From the human T2T-CHM13v2.0 reference genome, Homo sapiens: 64,000 bases of DNA. The stretch is from NCBI RefSeq assembly GCF_009914755.1, contig NC_060930.1. One strand, 5' to 3'. The position numbers and the translations under genes are program-made. This document shows positions 1 through 16,000 of the stretch, in pieces. Each line of letters starts with the position of its first letter. The stretch's first letter is position 1. Under the pieces are notes generated by a model. That model was given only the letters and a program-made list of their open reading frames with translations. It had not been told where the DNA came from and did no database searches.

Positions 1-847
1 AGTTTGACAGTGGATTTAAAGAAACACTACCATGCTGATTAAGAGCAGACATTTTAATTCATTCTCTTTCTAAAGGTCTTTCTTTAAAGTAAAATTTATA
101 TTGGGTATATCAGATTTTTTATTTGTATTAAGAAAGTTTGAGGACAGATTTGCACATGAAGATGAGAAATATTTTTATAGCGCCTCCTTTTCAAATATTT
201 TAAACATCTTTAAAATCAAATACAGTTAGTCTTGTATAACAATATTATGTTTTACCCTGACACTTTGACAAACATTACAATACATTAGCTAACTGAACCT
301 AACAGGTGCTCTAGAAAAGTAAAGGATAGAGTAAGATCATTTCACTCTCTGAAAAGAAGCCAGTTTCTTAGGCAGAACACAGCAGCCTTTTGATAACTTC
401 ATGGTATTTCACGTAAGGAAAGGAAGGGAAGTAAAGTGCTAACTCATCTAATGGAAACTAACAAGAGGATTTAGATAGAAAGGACCACATTCAACTGCTC
501 TGCCAATTTACATTTTCCCTACCTGTGGCATTGCTATGCCCTTGTGCAATTACCTGAGTGAAATTTGGCAGAGGCACTGGAATTAACAGCTTTCTTCTTT
601 TAAAAAAAAGTGTCAACAAATGTTTAATGACTGGTTGAGCTCAAGTTCCTGGTTTTACCCTTTATCAGAAGAAAGGATAGCACCTGCAAAAGGAATAGAG
701 GTCAGTACAATTCCACCTGGGTGATTGCTCTAGGAGCCCAGATGTATCGCATGGCCTCTGCAGGGCATGCTCTTTTGCTTCTGTGAAGTTCTTTCAGTGA
801 ATTCTTTGGCCCTCCATCTCACAGAAATTATATAATGCCCATGTGAC

Positions 848-2410
848 TTTTATTTTAATTTATTGTTTAACTGACAAATAAAAAAGTATATATATTGGTG
901 CAGTGATGGGCACCCGTAATCTCAGCTACTCTGGAGGCTGAGGCGAGAAGATTGCTTGAGTCCAGGAGTCTGAGTCTTTAAAAAGAAATTGTATCTATTT
1001 TTGTGTATAACCCATTGTTTTGAAATACATTTATATTGTGAAATGGCTAAATTGAGCTGATTAACATATGCATTACCTCACATGCTTATCATTTTGTGGT
1101 GAGAACCCCGAAAATCTATTCTCTTAGCAATTTTTAGAAATACAATACATTGTTACTACGTATAGTAACATGTTGTATAATAGATATCTTGAACTTACTC
1201 CTCTTGTCTAGCTGAAGTGTTATATCCTTTGACCAACAGCTCCCCAGTCTCCCTCTCCAGCCCCACAGCCCTTGGCAACCACCATCTTACTCACTTCTTC
1301 TACGAGTTCAACTTTTTTGCACTCCACATATAAATGAGGTCATGTAGTATTTGTCTTTCTGTGCTTAGCTTATTTCACTTAACATAATGTTCTCTAAGTT
1401 CATCCTTGTTGTCTCAAATGACAGGATTTTCTTTTTTAAGGCCAAACATTATTCCATAATGTACATATACCACATTTCCTTTGTCCGTTTATCCATTGAT
1501 GAACACTTAGGTTGACTCCATATCTTGGCTATTTGTGAATAATGCTGCAATGAACATGGAAGTGCAGATATCTCTTCAACATACTGATTTCATTTCCTTT
1601 GATATATACCCAGCGGTGTGATTGCTGGATCATATGGTAGTTCCGTTTTTAGGAACTTCCATAGCATTTTCTATAATGGCTGATATGGTTTGGTGGTGTC
1701 CCCATCCAAAATCTCATCTTGAATTGTAATCCCCCTAATGCCCATGTGTCAAGGGAGAGACCAGGTGGAGGTAATTGAATCAGGGGGGCAGTTTCCTCCA
1801 TGCTGTTCTCGTGATAGTGAGTGAGTTCTCATGAAATCTGACAGTTTTATACATGTTTGGTAGTTCCTTCTGCTTTCCTTCTCCTTCCTGCCACCTTGTG
1901 AAGAAGGTGCCTTGCTTCCCCTTCCCCTTCTGCCATGATTGTAAGTTTCCTGAGGCTTCCTCAGCCATGCTCAACTGAGTCAGCTAAACCTCTTTCCTTT
2001 GTAAATTACCCAGTCTCGAGTAGTTCTTTATAGCGATGTGAAAATGGACTAAATGGCTGTGCTAATTTACACCCCCACCAGCAGTGTGCAAGATTTCTGT
2101 CCGCCACAGTGTCTCCTACACTTGTTATTTTTCTTCTTTTAGATAATACCATTTTAACAGGTGTGAGGTGGTATCTCATTGTAGTTTTAATTTGCATTTC
2201 TTTGATAATGAGTCATGTTGAGCATTTTTCATACACCTGTTGTCATTTTTATGTCTTCTTTTGAGTGATGATCATGCCAACCCATTGCCCATTTTTTATT
2301 TGAGTTATTTGTTTTTTACTATTGAGTTGTTTAAGTTCCTTGTGTATTTTGGATATTAACCCTTTATCAGATGTATGGTTTGCAAATATTTTCTCTCACT
2401 CTAGTAGGTT
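848..2410 (-). mobile_element. Old L1 3' end (L1MA7/8-like), interrupted by an Alu monomer fragment (~897-987) and a THE1 LTR
   Basis: Antisense L1 3'UTR/ORF2 text; ORF 2006-2197 [16 protein letters not shown] is the L1 ORF2 C-terminus. Confidence 0.85.
1681..2052 (+). mobile_element. THE1D-like MaLR solo LTR
   Basis: Begins tgatatggtttgg and ends ...cccagtctcg...aaaatggactaa. 5-bp TSD ATGGC at 1676-1680 and 2053-2057. Confidence 0.9.
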
Positions 2411-2658
2411 GTTATATGACTCTTTTATAAGTAGAAGCAGATCTAGGTTTGACCTTCTGGTAACCTGAAGAGTCCATTGCTATTTGCCTGAGAAAGTATA
2501 GCCAAATGGTTAAAGGAGGAGTTCTGCAGTCATACCAGTGTTGCATCATACAAGCTATTTAATTTTGTTAAATTAATTGCCACTTCTCCAGTTTCTCCAT
2601 TATTAAAAGACAATAATGAAGGACCTAATTCACCGGGTTGGAGTGAGGTTTAAGTCAG

Positions 2659-2711
2659 ACACACACACACACACACACGCATATATATATATACACACAT
2701 AAATATATATA
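2659..2711. repeat. (CA)n/(TA)n microsatellite
   Basis: Direct reading. Confidence 0.9.
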
Positions 2712-2719
2712 ATGTTTCA

Positions 2720-3430
2720 TAATAAAGAGCTTTGACAAATCAATAAGAAAAAGACAAACAGCCTAGTTTTCTTAATGGGCAAAAGATTTAACAGTTACTT
2801 CATTAAAAAGAAGATATCAAATGAGCAAGAAACATGAAAAAGTATTCTTCATAATTACTCATCAAGAAAATTATAATTAAAACCACAGTGAGATACCATC
2901 AATCACACACCCAAAATGGTGAAAATAAAAAAACGCTAACAATATCAAGTATTGACAAGGATGTGGAACAACTGAAACTCTCATTGTGGTAAGAGTAAAT
3001 TAATACTGTCTTTAAATTAATAAAAATGAGCAGTGGGTTAGCATGGTCGTTAATACACTGGAAAGAGAGTAATACACTGGAAAAAAGTCAGTGTCTGTTA
3101 AAGATGAACATATGCCTTCCCTCTGACCCAGGAATCACATTGCCAGGTATGCATACCCAAGAAGAATTAAGAGCTTGTATCCACAAAGACATGTACAAGA
3201 ATGTATATAGCAGCTTTATTCATAGTAGCCTAAAATTGTGAATAACCCAAATGTCCATCAACAGAATGGATACAGTGTAATAGATACAGTGTAATATATA
3301 TATACATGAAGAAGTTCTAGCCACATTAAGGAAAGGACAACTGCTATCCCAGGCTAGAATATGGATTATCTCACAGCAGTGAATGAAGCCAAACACATAT
3401 ATTTCAATAAAAAAAATTTTTAAAGAACAG
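2720..3430 (+). mobile_element. Ancient L1M(E) 3' fragment
   Basis: Degenerate L1 ORF2-end text (aaaaccacagtgagatacca..., ccaaatgtccatcaacag). Confidence 0.7.
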
Positions 3431-5294
3431 TGCATGACATGTACTAAGGGGTGAATAAATGTAGAGTTACCCTTCATAGTTTTCTAAAAAGGCTGTCTTT
3501 ATCCCCATCAAAACACTTCTGCAGATATTTTGTCCAAATTCTTAGAGCCCTTTTAAGATCCTTCAGTAATTTGAAAAGCATCAATGGGAATAAAGTCTTA
3601 GGTTTACTGAAACCCAGATACGTCCTACAACCACAGTCTTTTCTCTTTCCTCTTCTGCTCTTTTCACCCCTTTGCTGTGACAGCTGCTGGATCCCAGTTC
3701 ATTTGAATAGCAGAATTATTCCTGCTAAACTCCTCCTTTATGGACTCAGCCTACAACCACCCATGACTGGGGTTCCTCAAGTTTTTGTCCTTTCAGCTCT
3801 TGCACTGTGACAAGAACAAAGTTGCCTTATGATAGTTAACACCTGAAAATTGATCTATAATGACTATAAGGAGAAGTTTTATGGAACGTCATCCAAAATG
3901 TTTTTTAAATGCATGCTTAATAAGTGAGGGTTAATTTTAATCACCATTTTATTTGAAAGCAGACATTTGGTTTGTGGGATATAGTAACCTTAGGAAAATT
4001 CTGTTTCAAAAATAATTAAAAATGGAACTTTTATGTGATTTTATTTAAAAGTTGGTGTATGTTCAGACATCTAAAGACTAATTTAATGCCTATACAAATA
4101 AGGTGAAACATGATTTACTATGAGACAAGGCTATATTCAACCCCATAACTTAAAAACCTTATTACTCTGCTATCTACTCTCACCGAGGTGATAACATAGA
4201 CCCATGAAATGAACTATGCTGGCAATATTTTAAGTGCAAATAATATTTGGAGCACAGGCATATTTTTTTGATCATGTGCTGACATGCACAGTGTTTCCCA
4301 AAGAAAATGTTAGAGGTTACCCATGTAAAAATTACTATTTCTCAGAAAAAGTGATGCCTAGTTTGTTCAGATTTGTTTATTTAGATTAATAACTGCTTGG
4401 TTTTCCTCAGAATTGTTTTATTTTAATTTTTAAATTTAATGATAAAAAATAATAGCCATAATATCTTTTTGTTTAAAAATCATGTAATTTAAATTTAATG
4501 TAGTTTACCTTCTGTCTTGGAAATTGTCACTTTATACATATAATTTAAATCAAATTAAATATAAATCAGATTTATCCCTCAGTATTCCAGAAAGCTGCCA
4601 TGAAACTGAGATTTAGAGAGATTGAATAAAATGCTTGTACTCATATAGTAATTCTGACTCTTCAACTTGTTATACTGTATCTCACAGTTGCCTCAGTTTA
4701 TCTTAACAGTTGCTCCTACAGATTTGCTACTACTCAGTACTCTCTACCTCCTAAGATACTTTCTCACAAGCTTTAATCATTTCAGAGTTTTAGATATCTA
4801 TGGGACGTACAGAAGTCAATTGGATTCTGAAACTGAATTAAAGTCTGAAACTTAGGATGTGGCCTAGTTGGAGGTATAGGTTTATATGTGAGTCATCACA
4901 GAGAGGGTCATTAACACATGAGAGAGTTAAATCCCCCAGATTGTGTGGAGTGAAGACAGTGATCAGAGGATGGAATTCTGACATACTAGCTCATAAGGAA
5001 TGGGAGAAGTACAGGAGTCCATGTTTTCTAGATGGAGATGGACTGATCGGAGTGATTCTAGAACTAGGAGAGTGCAAGGTATCAGCTGTCAAATAATAGT
5101 TTCGAGGAGGTGCTGTTTAAGAGAATCACACACAGCACAGAGATCCTGGAAGACAAGGACTGAGTCTGTCTATTGCATTTGTCAACAAGGTGATTTCTGG
5201 GGACTATTAGCAGGAGTATTTTTATCGCATTTTGGGGAACTGAAGCTAGATTATGATAAATTGGATATCAATAAGTGGGGACAGATATGCCGTC

Positions 5295-5662
5295 CAGTGC
5301 TGCAGCCACTGGCCACACGTGACTCTTGAGCACTTGTCATGTTGCTAGTGTGGACTGAGATCCAGTATAAGCATAGAACACTGCACAACATTTCAAAGAC
5401 TTAGTATGAAAAAGAAAATGTAAAACATATCATTGATAATTTTATATTGATTACATACGGATATAACATGAATATATTGAGTCAATTAACACATTGATTA
5501 CATACTGATATGATAACATGGATATATTGGGGCAATTAACATAGAAGTGATGATAATTTTACATATCTCTTTTTACTTTTTTTAACATAGCTGATAAAAA
5601 ACTTTAAAATATTATATAAGATCACATTTGTGGCTCACATGGTATTTCTGTCATATAGCACT
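5295..5662. mobile_element. MER33-like hAT-Charlie DNA transposon relic with an internal ~48-nt duplication
   Basis: gccactggccacacgtgact...gagcacttg end motif and tttcaaagacttagtatga. A similar element lies in the opposite orientation at 52218-52535. Confidence 0.7.
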
Positions 5663-5777
5663 AGTATGCACTATTCTAAGAAGTTTTATGTAAAAGAGAA
5701 AATGGAAGCAAATAGTATCTAGATGGAAATTCCAGGTCAGAGGGAAGGACTTTTTAACTTCTCAGTGACCCCAAGAA

Positions 5778-5892
5778 ATGGGAGAGGTGGAAGGGAAAAT
5801 GGGAGAGGTGGAAGGGAAGATGGGAGAGGTGGAAGGGAAGATGGGAGAGGTGGAAGGGAAGATGAGAGAGGTGGAAGGGAAGATGAGAGAGG
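5778..5892. repeat. 21-bp purine-rich minisatellite, ~5.5 copies of ATGRGAGAGGTGGAAGGGAAR
   Basis: Units start at 5778, 5799, 5820, 5841, 5862 and 5883. Confidence 0.95.
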
Positions 5893-6291
5893 GTTTGACT
5901 AATGAAGCATGACTTCCTAGGAGGTGGGGCTGGGAGTCAGGTTTGCAGGTGGAGGGATGGAATTGATCCAGAAGAAGACATCTCATTCTCTGAACTGTGA
6001 CAAAAAAGGAGGTGAGGACATATCTAAATGGAGATAAATATGTAAGTGAAGGTATAGACAGGAAGTTGAAGGCGTATGGTGTAGAAAAGACATTCAAGTT
6101 TAATAGATCACATAGATTACAACTAGTAGGAGTTTGTGTAAACTACAAAAGTTCTGACTGACTTGTGTGTGCTTGGGATTATAAATCTCTTTTTTGCCAT
6201 CAGGAGGTTTCTATTGTATAGGAATTTGTTAAGATAATTAATAATGAAGACTCATACTTGATCTAAAAATGAAGTGCTATTCTTGACCTAA

Positions 6292-6495
<204 letters not shown>

Positions 6496-7819
6496 TGATA
6501 CATTCTCTATCTTACAGTTCCATTATGTTTCAAATTTAAAAATCAAGATATATCATGAATTGAATGGAACTACTTTGTGATAGGCATTTTACAACTCTGA
6601 AGTTTGAGATTCCATCCATTATAATATTAAAATTAAGAACAAATAACAGTATAAAAATGATCTTGATTTACAGATTATTGGCCTGAGATAATTGCAAGTT
6701 TTGATCTAAATTGGCACCCACAAATTTTAAAACTATAGCCATTGTTTGTGGGATACTTTTCTATGTAGCACTGTATTCGATAGCACTAAAGTAATGGAAG
6801 ATGTCCAAATGGGTCATTAAGTTTAAAAAGATGAAAGTAATTTGTATAGAAAGAAAAATTCATCTTCTAAAAATAGGACAAGTTTCAATCACTTAATAGT
6901 ATGTGTTAAAATCTGAAAATTTCATTATATGTCACTTTCTATTTATGAGTTCTTTTGAGATATATCTGTACTAAGCAGGGTTGATTTTTATATACAACAT
7001 CAGTAGAAACTATTCTTAACCATAATATGTTACTTCTTACATACCACATACTTCGGTTAAGAAAAAAATTGAACTTCCAGATTTAGTAAAATCAAGTGAC
7101 AGACGTTGTGATTCTTTATAAGAGATAACTTCCTTTTCTTGAACAACAGCAACAAGTTCACATTGCCTCAAGAACTTGACAGATGATATAAATGAGTGAC
7201 CGGGCTGAGTTGCCCAGCAGACTGTGAGGAGCTCAGAGTGCAGGCCCATTCTGAGGGACCTGCCTGTCACTGCCATGTAGGAATGGCAGCCAGCCTGGCC
7301 ACAACTTCTAGTTGCTGTGCTACAGTCAAAACCCTGAAGTTTGTGGGCAATTGCCTAGTTCTCAAATGTTAATTCATAATTTGAAATCCTTCAAAACTCC
7401 AGGGAGGCCAACATATCTGCTGGCCTAATGTGACCCCAGGATCTATACTTGACAATTCTGTTTAGCGGTTACTCATTGATTCTTTTAAATATTTCTTTAA
7501 AATCTAATTCTTTGCAGAAATTGTAAAAGTTTATGAATCCCTAAGGTATAAAACTTTAAAATATGTAGAGTTTCAAGCATGCTTCTATCATAAAGTCTGA
7601 ATGTATCTCTTTTTGGTGTTAACTACGAGTAAATGTATGGATTAATTTATTCAAGCGAGGACATCTGACTCTTAAGCTTATAATTTGTATAATTCCTGCT
7701 CCTCAGGCTTTATAGGAGTTAGATTTGGCAAATTTGAAAAACAAAAAAATGAATAGTATTATTTTCTATTAAATGATATCAAGATGATCTCTAGGAAGGG
7801 AGACATTTTCTGCTTGTAA

Positions 7820-8119
<300 letters not shown>

Positions 8120-8470
8120 TGAACTGGCAAATTTAACAAAGCTAATTATAAATTGAATTCCTTGCTATTTCTTCAAAAGGACTGAGTTTTCTACATCAAG
8201 ACCAAGCTTCTTAGTCTCACATAATTATTTTAGAAAAAAAATTGTAAATCGAAATGGACTTCAAAACATTATAAAATCATATATTATCCCCAATAAAAGA
8301 GCTTTAAGAAATTGTTTAAATTAATTTGTTGCAATTTTATAGCAATAGCGAGTAATCTTTCGTCTGACAGATCTTTTGGATTTATGAATGAGTGTTTTTT
8401 CTGTGACTTGAGTACACATATGAACAGCAACCGAGGTAACACCCCCTCCCATACACAAAGTCAGCAATAG

Positions 8471-8893
<423 letters not shown>

Positions 8894-9639
8894 TAACATC
8901 ATTATTACAAACCTCTGTGAGTGCTTCTCCGAAGACTGATGCAACTCTGAAAGGCTTTTTGGCTAGAAACACAGCTGTTTAGGCAATAACTGTTTAAGTC
9001 TTAGACTCTGTAGGGCTCATAATCAAACTAAAGCCAACTCAGAACATGTTGGCTTACTGTCAGTTACTATACTCAAAGTTGTATCTTTGGTTCCTTTACA
9101 TATCACGCTTACAGAAATGTCTTCCTATGTCTTCATAGCATTCCATTATTTTATAATATCTCATGCTCATGCAGTTTTTAGCTTTGTCTATATTAAGCTA
9201 TATTAAGCTTTGTCTTCTGACAAGTAATGATAAAATTGCGTTGAAGTCTAGTCTTCCTAAATTACACTTTGGGTGAATCTGCATTGTCATTTGGTTTTAG
9301 TATAGGTAATGAGGTAATGGATATTTCTAAACAGATGTGAAGGTAATAATTTTGTTTAACAACCATTTACAAGAAGTGTTAGCCCCTTTATCACAAAAGT
9401 AAAGTAAATTATACAGAAATTTGGAGTACACACTCAATATCCTACTACTGATTAAGTGTGCAATATAAAAAGTTTCCAGACTATAATCTGAAGAATTTAT
9501 TCTAAGTAGTATTGGCTTATCAGAAGTACACAGTAAATCCTGTTGAGCTGATTGCAATATTTTTGTGCAGCTAAGTTTCATATTAGGTAAGTGTTTAAAA
9601 TAAACAATCTAATAAGCAGACTGGCCCAAATAAAGATCC

Positions 9640-10050
9640 CTTCAAAATAGTCACCATGAGGTGTTACACCTAAATATCCATGTTGCCCCCATTGTGCCAA
9701 ATCAGTGGTAGAACTCATCTTTTGGAATTATCATTAGCCTTTTAACATATTTCCTGGCTTCACATCTTTATCCTTTTGTGGTCATTTTGATCTTTCTTTA
9801 AAAATAGAAAGATCATTCGGACCCAAGGCGGTGAATAAGGAGCATGGTAAAACTGTCACTGTATATATTTGTTTTATTTTTGTCAAAAATACCATAGAGT
9901 AATGAAGCTGCCTTTCTCAATTTACTCATAAACTGGCTTTAAGAGCAATTCCAAAAGCAAAGTTCAACTTCTCTCAGCACTGCTGCGTCATGGAAATAAA
10001 CCTGTCAGCTCCCAGGATGTCGACAGGACATGCAGCACTCATTTCAACAC
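9640..10050. mobile_element. MARNA-like non-autonomous mariner relic
   Basis: Recognisable blocks: aaaatagtcacc, gaactcatcttttggaatt, cattcggacccaaggcggtgaataagg, ctcataaactggc...gcaattccaaaag. Confidence 0.65.
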
Positions 10051-13000
10051 ACAAGTTTTATTTTTCCAAAGTATTTCCCTAAAAGGTTTTTTTTCAAATT
10101 CAAAATAGAGACTCTCTATGCATCCTCTGTGCTTCTAGAAGGTTAAAACCAAAAGAAGGAGAATACCAAAAGGGTGGGGCAAAGCGAGGGGAAGAAGGAA
10201 ACTAACCATTATGGAAGGCTCATGATGCGCCAGGCAGGAAGCATCCCACAGGATGAAGGGGTAGGCTGTTCTCTCAAAGCTATAGATGAGGAAACATATC
10301 CAGAGAAGTAATAAAAATGTGTCCACAGCCACACAACCAGTCAGTGGCAGAGACGAGTCCTGGGGCCCCAGATTCTTTGACCCTGAAGCCATGTTCTTTC
10401 TGCCATAGCACATCGCATGGCCTGGACAGTTAATATACCAGGAATGCAATAGAAAAGTAATATTTCCAAACAGGAGTAAAGACAATTAGTGAGGTACTGC
10501 ATAGGCAGTTGGGTGAGTTCTCTTTTAAGTTGTAATTTTAATGATCTTCTCTCAGACACTTGGAATGTGTTTTCATCAAGAGGTAAAACTTAAGAAATAT
10601 TCCATGAAATAGAATATGGCAGACAGTAATCAGTATCTGCTGGTGGGGCAGAATACAGAAAGAATCAGAGGCACTATTGGAAGGGGATGAGAAAGATAAA
10701 CTTACATTTATAGGATACCTGTCCTGTGGTTCAGCCGATGTTTGACATTTTAGAAGCAATAGGGTGGTGGTGAAAGGCAAAAGCTTTTGAGTCAGATAAA
10801 CTTAAGTTCGAAAATCGAGTTCTGATGCTTACAGCATTCTGACTCTGGCAAATTACTTAAATCTTCAGTTTCAAAATCTGTAAAATGGGAATAACACCAT
10901 CTGTTAGATTGACCACACTGAATAATGTTTTTACTCAGAGCAATTTAAGAAAACTAAAGTAAAAGTGTTTTTAGGCTATATTTTTTTTAATAAAAACAAA
11001 AACATCCTTGTCGAATTCCATGAAAAACAACTTATATTGCCTTATTTATTGAATTATTACATATATTTCTCTAAAAGTTGTTTTATCATTGACAATTTAC
11101 TTAATGTAATTCAGAAAATCGGCACTGCCTTTTAGCCAGTAATAAATAATATCTTGGCATATTGAGAAGTAGCTAAATAAGGCCCATCTTATGAAGCTAT
11201 GGACCACAGACACCTCAGGGTTCACGGCAGATGGGACAGAGATGACGTTGGGTAGCTTCAGCTTCACCACAAACCATAACTGAAAAATGGTAAACTAGAG
11301 CCCCTCAGACAGACTGCATTCATTTAACAAATAGTTAGTAATATCAATAGACATGCTTCTTGCTCTCATGGAGCTTACAAACCAAACAAAAAACAAAACA
11401 AAACAAAAAAAAACACATTTCAGGTATTGGTGACTTCTGTGAAGAAAATAAAACTAGGTCGTATAATGAGTGACTGGGGTATGTGACTGAGGAAGTGACA
11501 TTGGTACTGAGAGGAGCTAGCCCTACAAATTAAGAGAGTGGGAGAATTGGAAAGAGCATTCCAGCAGTGGGTGCTGATCTTCCAGTGTTCCAGGAATATG
11601 AAGTCTAGTGTGGCTGGAAGGTTGTAAACAAGAGAAAGAATAGTACAAGGTAAAGGGAAGGAGGTGGAACAAGTTGGCAAAATAGAAACCTCCACTGATT
11701 GTCCTCCCTGCAGCAACACCAAATTGAATAAGTATCCACACAACACAACCACCTTCATAAGAACCAAAAGCCAGGTGAGCAATCACACAATACCTAGTTT
11801 TAACTCATATTACTGAAGGAGGCACTGAAGAGGGTAAGAAAGACAGTCTTGACTTGCTGACACCACCACCCCACACCAGTCTTCCAGCAGCAGCTGAATG
11901 GCACAGAGAGAGAATCTGTGCACTTGGGGGAGGGAGAGCTCAGTGAGTGTAGGTTTTTGCATTGGAACTCAGTGACCTTTCACAGCAGAAAGCAACACTG
12001 GGTAGAACTTAGCCAACACCCATGGAGGGGGCATTTAGACCAGTCCTAGCTAGAGAAGAATCTTCCATCTCAGCTGTTGGAACCTGAGTTCTGGCAAATC
12101 ATCACCACCATGGGATAAAGTGCTCTGGGGTCCAGGCAGTTTAGGCCACAAGGACCGCAATTCCTGGACAAGTCCTGCTGCTCTGCTGGGCTTGAAGCCA
12201 GTGGACTCGGCAGACACATGACATGGTAAGACACCAGCCAGGGCAGCCAAGGGAGTGCTTGTGCTACCCCTCCCTCAGGCCCAGGCATCACAGCTCACAG
12301 TTCTAGTAGAGATGTCTTCCTTCCACTTGAGGGAGGAGAGGAAAGAGTAAAGAGGAATTTGCCTTGCAACTTGGATACTAACTCAGTCACAGAAAGAAAG
12401 GGCACCAGGCAGAGTCCTGAGGCTCCAGTTCCAGGCCCTGGTTCTGAGATAACATTTCTACACACGCCCTGAAGGAAGCTTGCTTCCTTGAAGGGAAGGA
12501 TCCAATCTTGGCAAGATTCATCACCTGCTACCAAGATTCATCACTCTTGGGCCCTGAATAATCAACAGTAGTAGCAAGGCAGTACTTGCCGCAGGCCTTG
12601 GGTGAGACTCAGAGATGTGCTGGCTTTAGGTGTGACCCAGCATATTCCTAGCTGTGGTGGCTATGGAGAGGGACTCCTTTTACTTGAGAAAAGGAGAAGG
12701 AAGAATAAAGGGGACTTCCTCTTGCAGTTTAGGTACCAGCTTGGCAACAGTGGGATAGGGCACCAAGTCGGCATGTGGGGTCCCTGATTCCAGGCCATGG
12801 CTCTTGGATGGCATTTCTGCACCTGCCTTAGGTCAGAGGGGTGCCCACTGCCCTGAAGGGAGAGCCCTAGGCATGAAAGCATTCGCCACAAGCTGACTGA
12901 AGAGCCCTTGGGCATTGAATGAACATCTGTGATAGCTACACATTACTTGCCATGGGCCTGGAGCAGTCAATAGTGGTCATGGGAGAGAATTTTCTGCTTG

Positions 13001-16000
13001 TGGAAAGGGTAGGGAAAAGTGGGAAGGACTTCATTTTGTGGCTTGGGTGCTAGCTCAACCACAGTAGAATAGAGCAACAGGTAGTTTCCTAATAGAGCAC
13101 CAGGTAGATTCCAGATTCAGGTCCTAGCTCCTAGATGGAGCCAGGCTCTGTAGACCCACCAGGGACCAGGGGAACTTGACACCCTGAAGGGAATCATACA
13201 AACTTGGCTAGTTTTGCCACCTGCTGATTGTAGAGCCTTGAGCAAACATAGGTGGTAGCCAGGCAGTGGTTACCACAGGCTTTGAATGTGACCCAGTCCT
13301 GTGCTGGCTACAGGTCTGATCCAGCACAGTCCCAGGGTGGTGGTCACAGAGGTGCTTGTGTCACCCTTTCCCCAGCTCCAGGCAGCTCAACACAAGAGAG
13401 AGACCCCATTTGTTTGGGAGAAAGTAAGGGAATAGAACAAAAGTCTCTGCCTGGTAATCCAGAGAATTCTTTGAGATCTTATCCAAGACCAAGAAGAGGG
13501 CATCTCTATGAGTCTGCAAGAGCCACAGTATTACTGGGCTTGGGTGCCCCCATTTAATGCAGATAGCATACAGTGACCAAAAACTTAGATCACAACACCC
13601 AAGTTCCTTCAGATACCTCAAAAGCCTTCCCAAAAAGGACAGGTATAAAGAAGCCCAGACAGCAGCGACTCCAGTAAATACCTAACTCTTCAATGTTCAG
13701 ACACTGGTGGGCATCCACAATCATTAAGACTACCCAGGAAAACATGACATCACCAAACAAGGCACCAGTGATCAATCCTAGAGAGATGGAGATATGTGAC
13801 CTTTCCGATAGAGAATTCAAAATAGCTTTTTTGAGGAATCGCAACAAAATTCAAGATAACAGAGAAGGAATTCAGAATCCTATAAAATAAATTTAACAAA
13901 GATATTGAAGTAAAAATCAAGCAGAAATTCTGGAATTGAAAATGTAATGGACATATTGAAGAATGCATGAGTCTCTTAACAGCAGAATTGATAAAGCAGA
14001 AAAAAGAATTAGTGAGCTTGAAGACAGGCTATTTGAAAATACACAGCCAGGGGAGACAAAAGAAAAAAGAATAAAAACGAATGAAGCGCACCTACAAGAT
14101 CTAGAAAATAGCCTCAAAAGGGCAAATCTAAGAGTTATTGGCCTTAAACAGGAGATGGAGGGGTGGGGCTAGAAGGTTTATTGAAAAGGATAATAACAGA
14201 GAACTTCCCAAACCTAGAGAAAGATATCAATATCCACATGCAAGAAGGTTCTAGAACACCAATAAAATTTAACCCAAAAAAGACTATCTCAAAGCATTTG
14301 ATAATCAAACCTCAAAGCCCAAGAATAAAGAAAGGATCCTAAAATCAGTGAAAGAAAAGAAATGAGGAACATACAGTGGAGCTCCAGTACATGGCAGCAG
14401 ACTTTTCAGTGGAAACCTTATAGGCTAGGAGGGAGTGGCATGACATTTTTAAAGTGCTGAAGGATTAAAAAAAAAAACCATATTTACCCTAGAATAGTAT
14501 ATCCAGTGACAATATCCTTCAAACATGAAGGAGAAATACTTTCCCAGACAAACAAAAACTGAGTGATTTCATCAACACTGGATTTATCCTACCAGAAATG
14601 CTAAAGGGAGTTCTTCAATCTGAAAGAAAGGGATGTTAATGAGCAGTAAGAACTCATCTGAAGGTAAAAAACTCACAGGTAACAATAAGTACACAGGAAA
14701 ACACAGAATAGTGTAACACTGTAATTGTGGTATGTAAGCTACTCATACTTTAAGTAGAAAGACTAAAAGATGAACCAATTAAAAATAATAACTGACAACT
14801 TTTCAAGACATAGTAAAATAGGATATAAATAGAAACAACAAATAGTTAAAAAGCAGGGGAACAGAGTCAAAGTGTAGAGTTTTTAATTAGTTTTCTCTTT
14901 GCTGGTTTGTTAGTTTGTTGGTTTATGCAATCAGTGTTACATTGCCATCAATTTCAATTAATGAGTTATATTATTTGCAAGCCTCATGATAACTGCAAAT
15001 CAAAAACATACAACAGATACACCAAAAATACAAAGCAAGAAATTAAAACATACCAACAAATAAGTCATCTTTACTAAAAGGAAGACAAGAAGAAGGAAGA
15101 GGAAACCACAAAACAACCAGCAAACAAATAACAAAATGGCAGGAATAAGTCCTTACTTATCAGTAATAACACTGAATGTAAATGGACTAAACTCTCCAAT
15201 GAAAAGACATAGAGTGGCTGAATAGATTAAAAAAAAACAAAAAAAAACAAAAAACCGTGACCCAGCGATCTCTTGCCTACAAGAAATACACTTCACCTAT
15301 AAAGGCACACAGAGACTGAAAATAATGGGATGGAAAAATATATTTCCTGAAAATGAAAACTAAAAAAGAGCTAGAGTAGCTATACTTATAATCATCAAAG
15401 TGGATTTCAACACAAAAAGTAAAACAAAAAAAAACTATAAAAATTAGACAAAAGAAGGTCATCATATAATAATAAAGGAGTCAAATCAGCAACAGGATAT
15501 AACAATTTTAAATGTATATGCACTCAATACTGGAGCACCCAGATATATAAAGCAAATATCATTAATACTAAAGAGAGAGATAAACTTCAATACCATAGTC
15601 ACTGGAGACTTCAGCACCTGACTTTCAACATTGGGCACATCATCCAGACACACAATCAACAAAGAAACACTGGACTTAATCTGCACAGGCTTAGACCAAA
15701 TGGACCTAATAGATATTTACAGAACATTTAATACAACAACTGCAGAATATACATTCTTCTCCTACACACATGGATCATTCTCATGATAGACCACATGTTA
15801 GGCCACAATACAAGTCTTTAAAAATTAAAAAAAATGAAATTATATTATGTATCTTCTCTGACCACAATGGAGTAAAATTAGAAATCAATAATGAGGAATT
15901 TTGGAAACTGTGCAAGCACATGGAAACTAAACAATAACTCCTGAATGACCAATGGGTCAATGAAAAAATTAAGAAGGAAATTAAAAATTTCTTGAAAGAA

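Noticed and set aside
5762-6097. ORF with PIFPSTS heptad repeats, and CRISPR-like periodicity
   Set aside because: It is the translation of the 21-bp minisatellite. There are no unique spacers and the context is eukaryotic.
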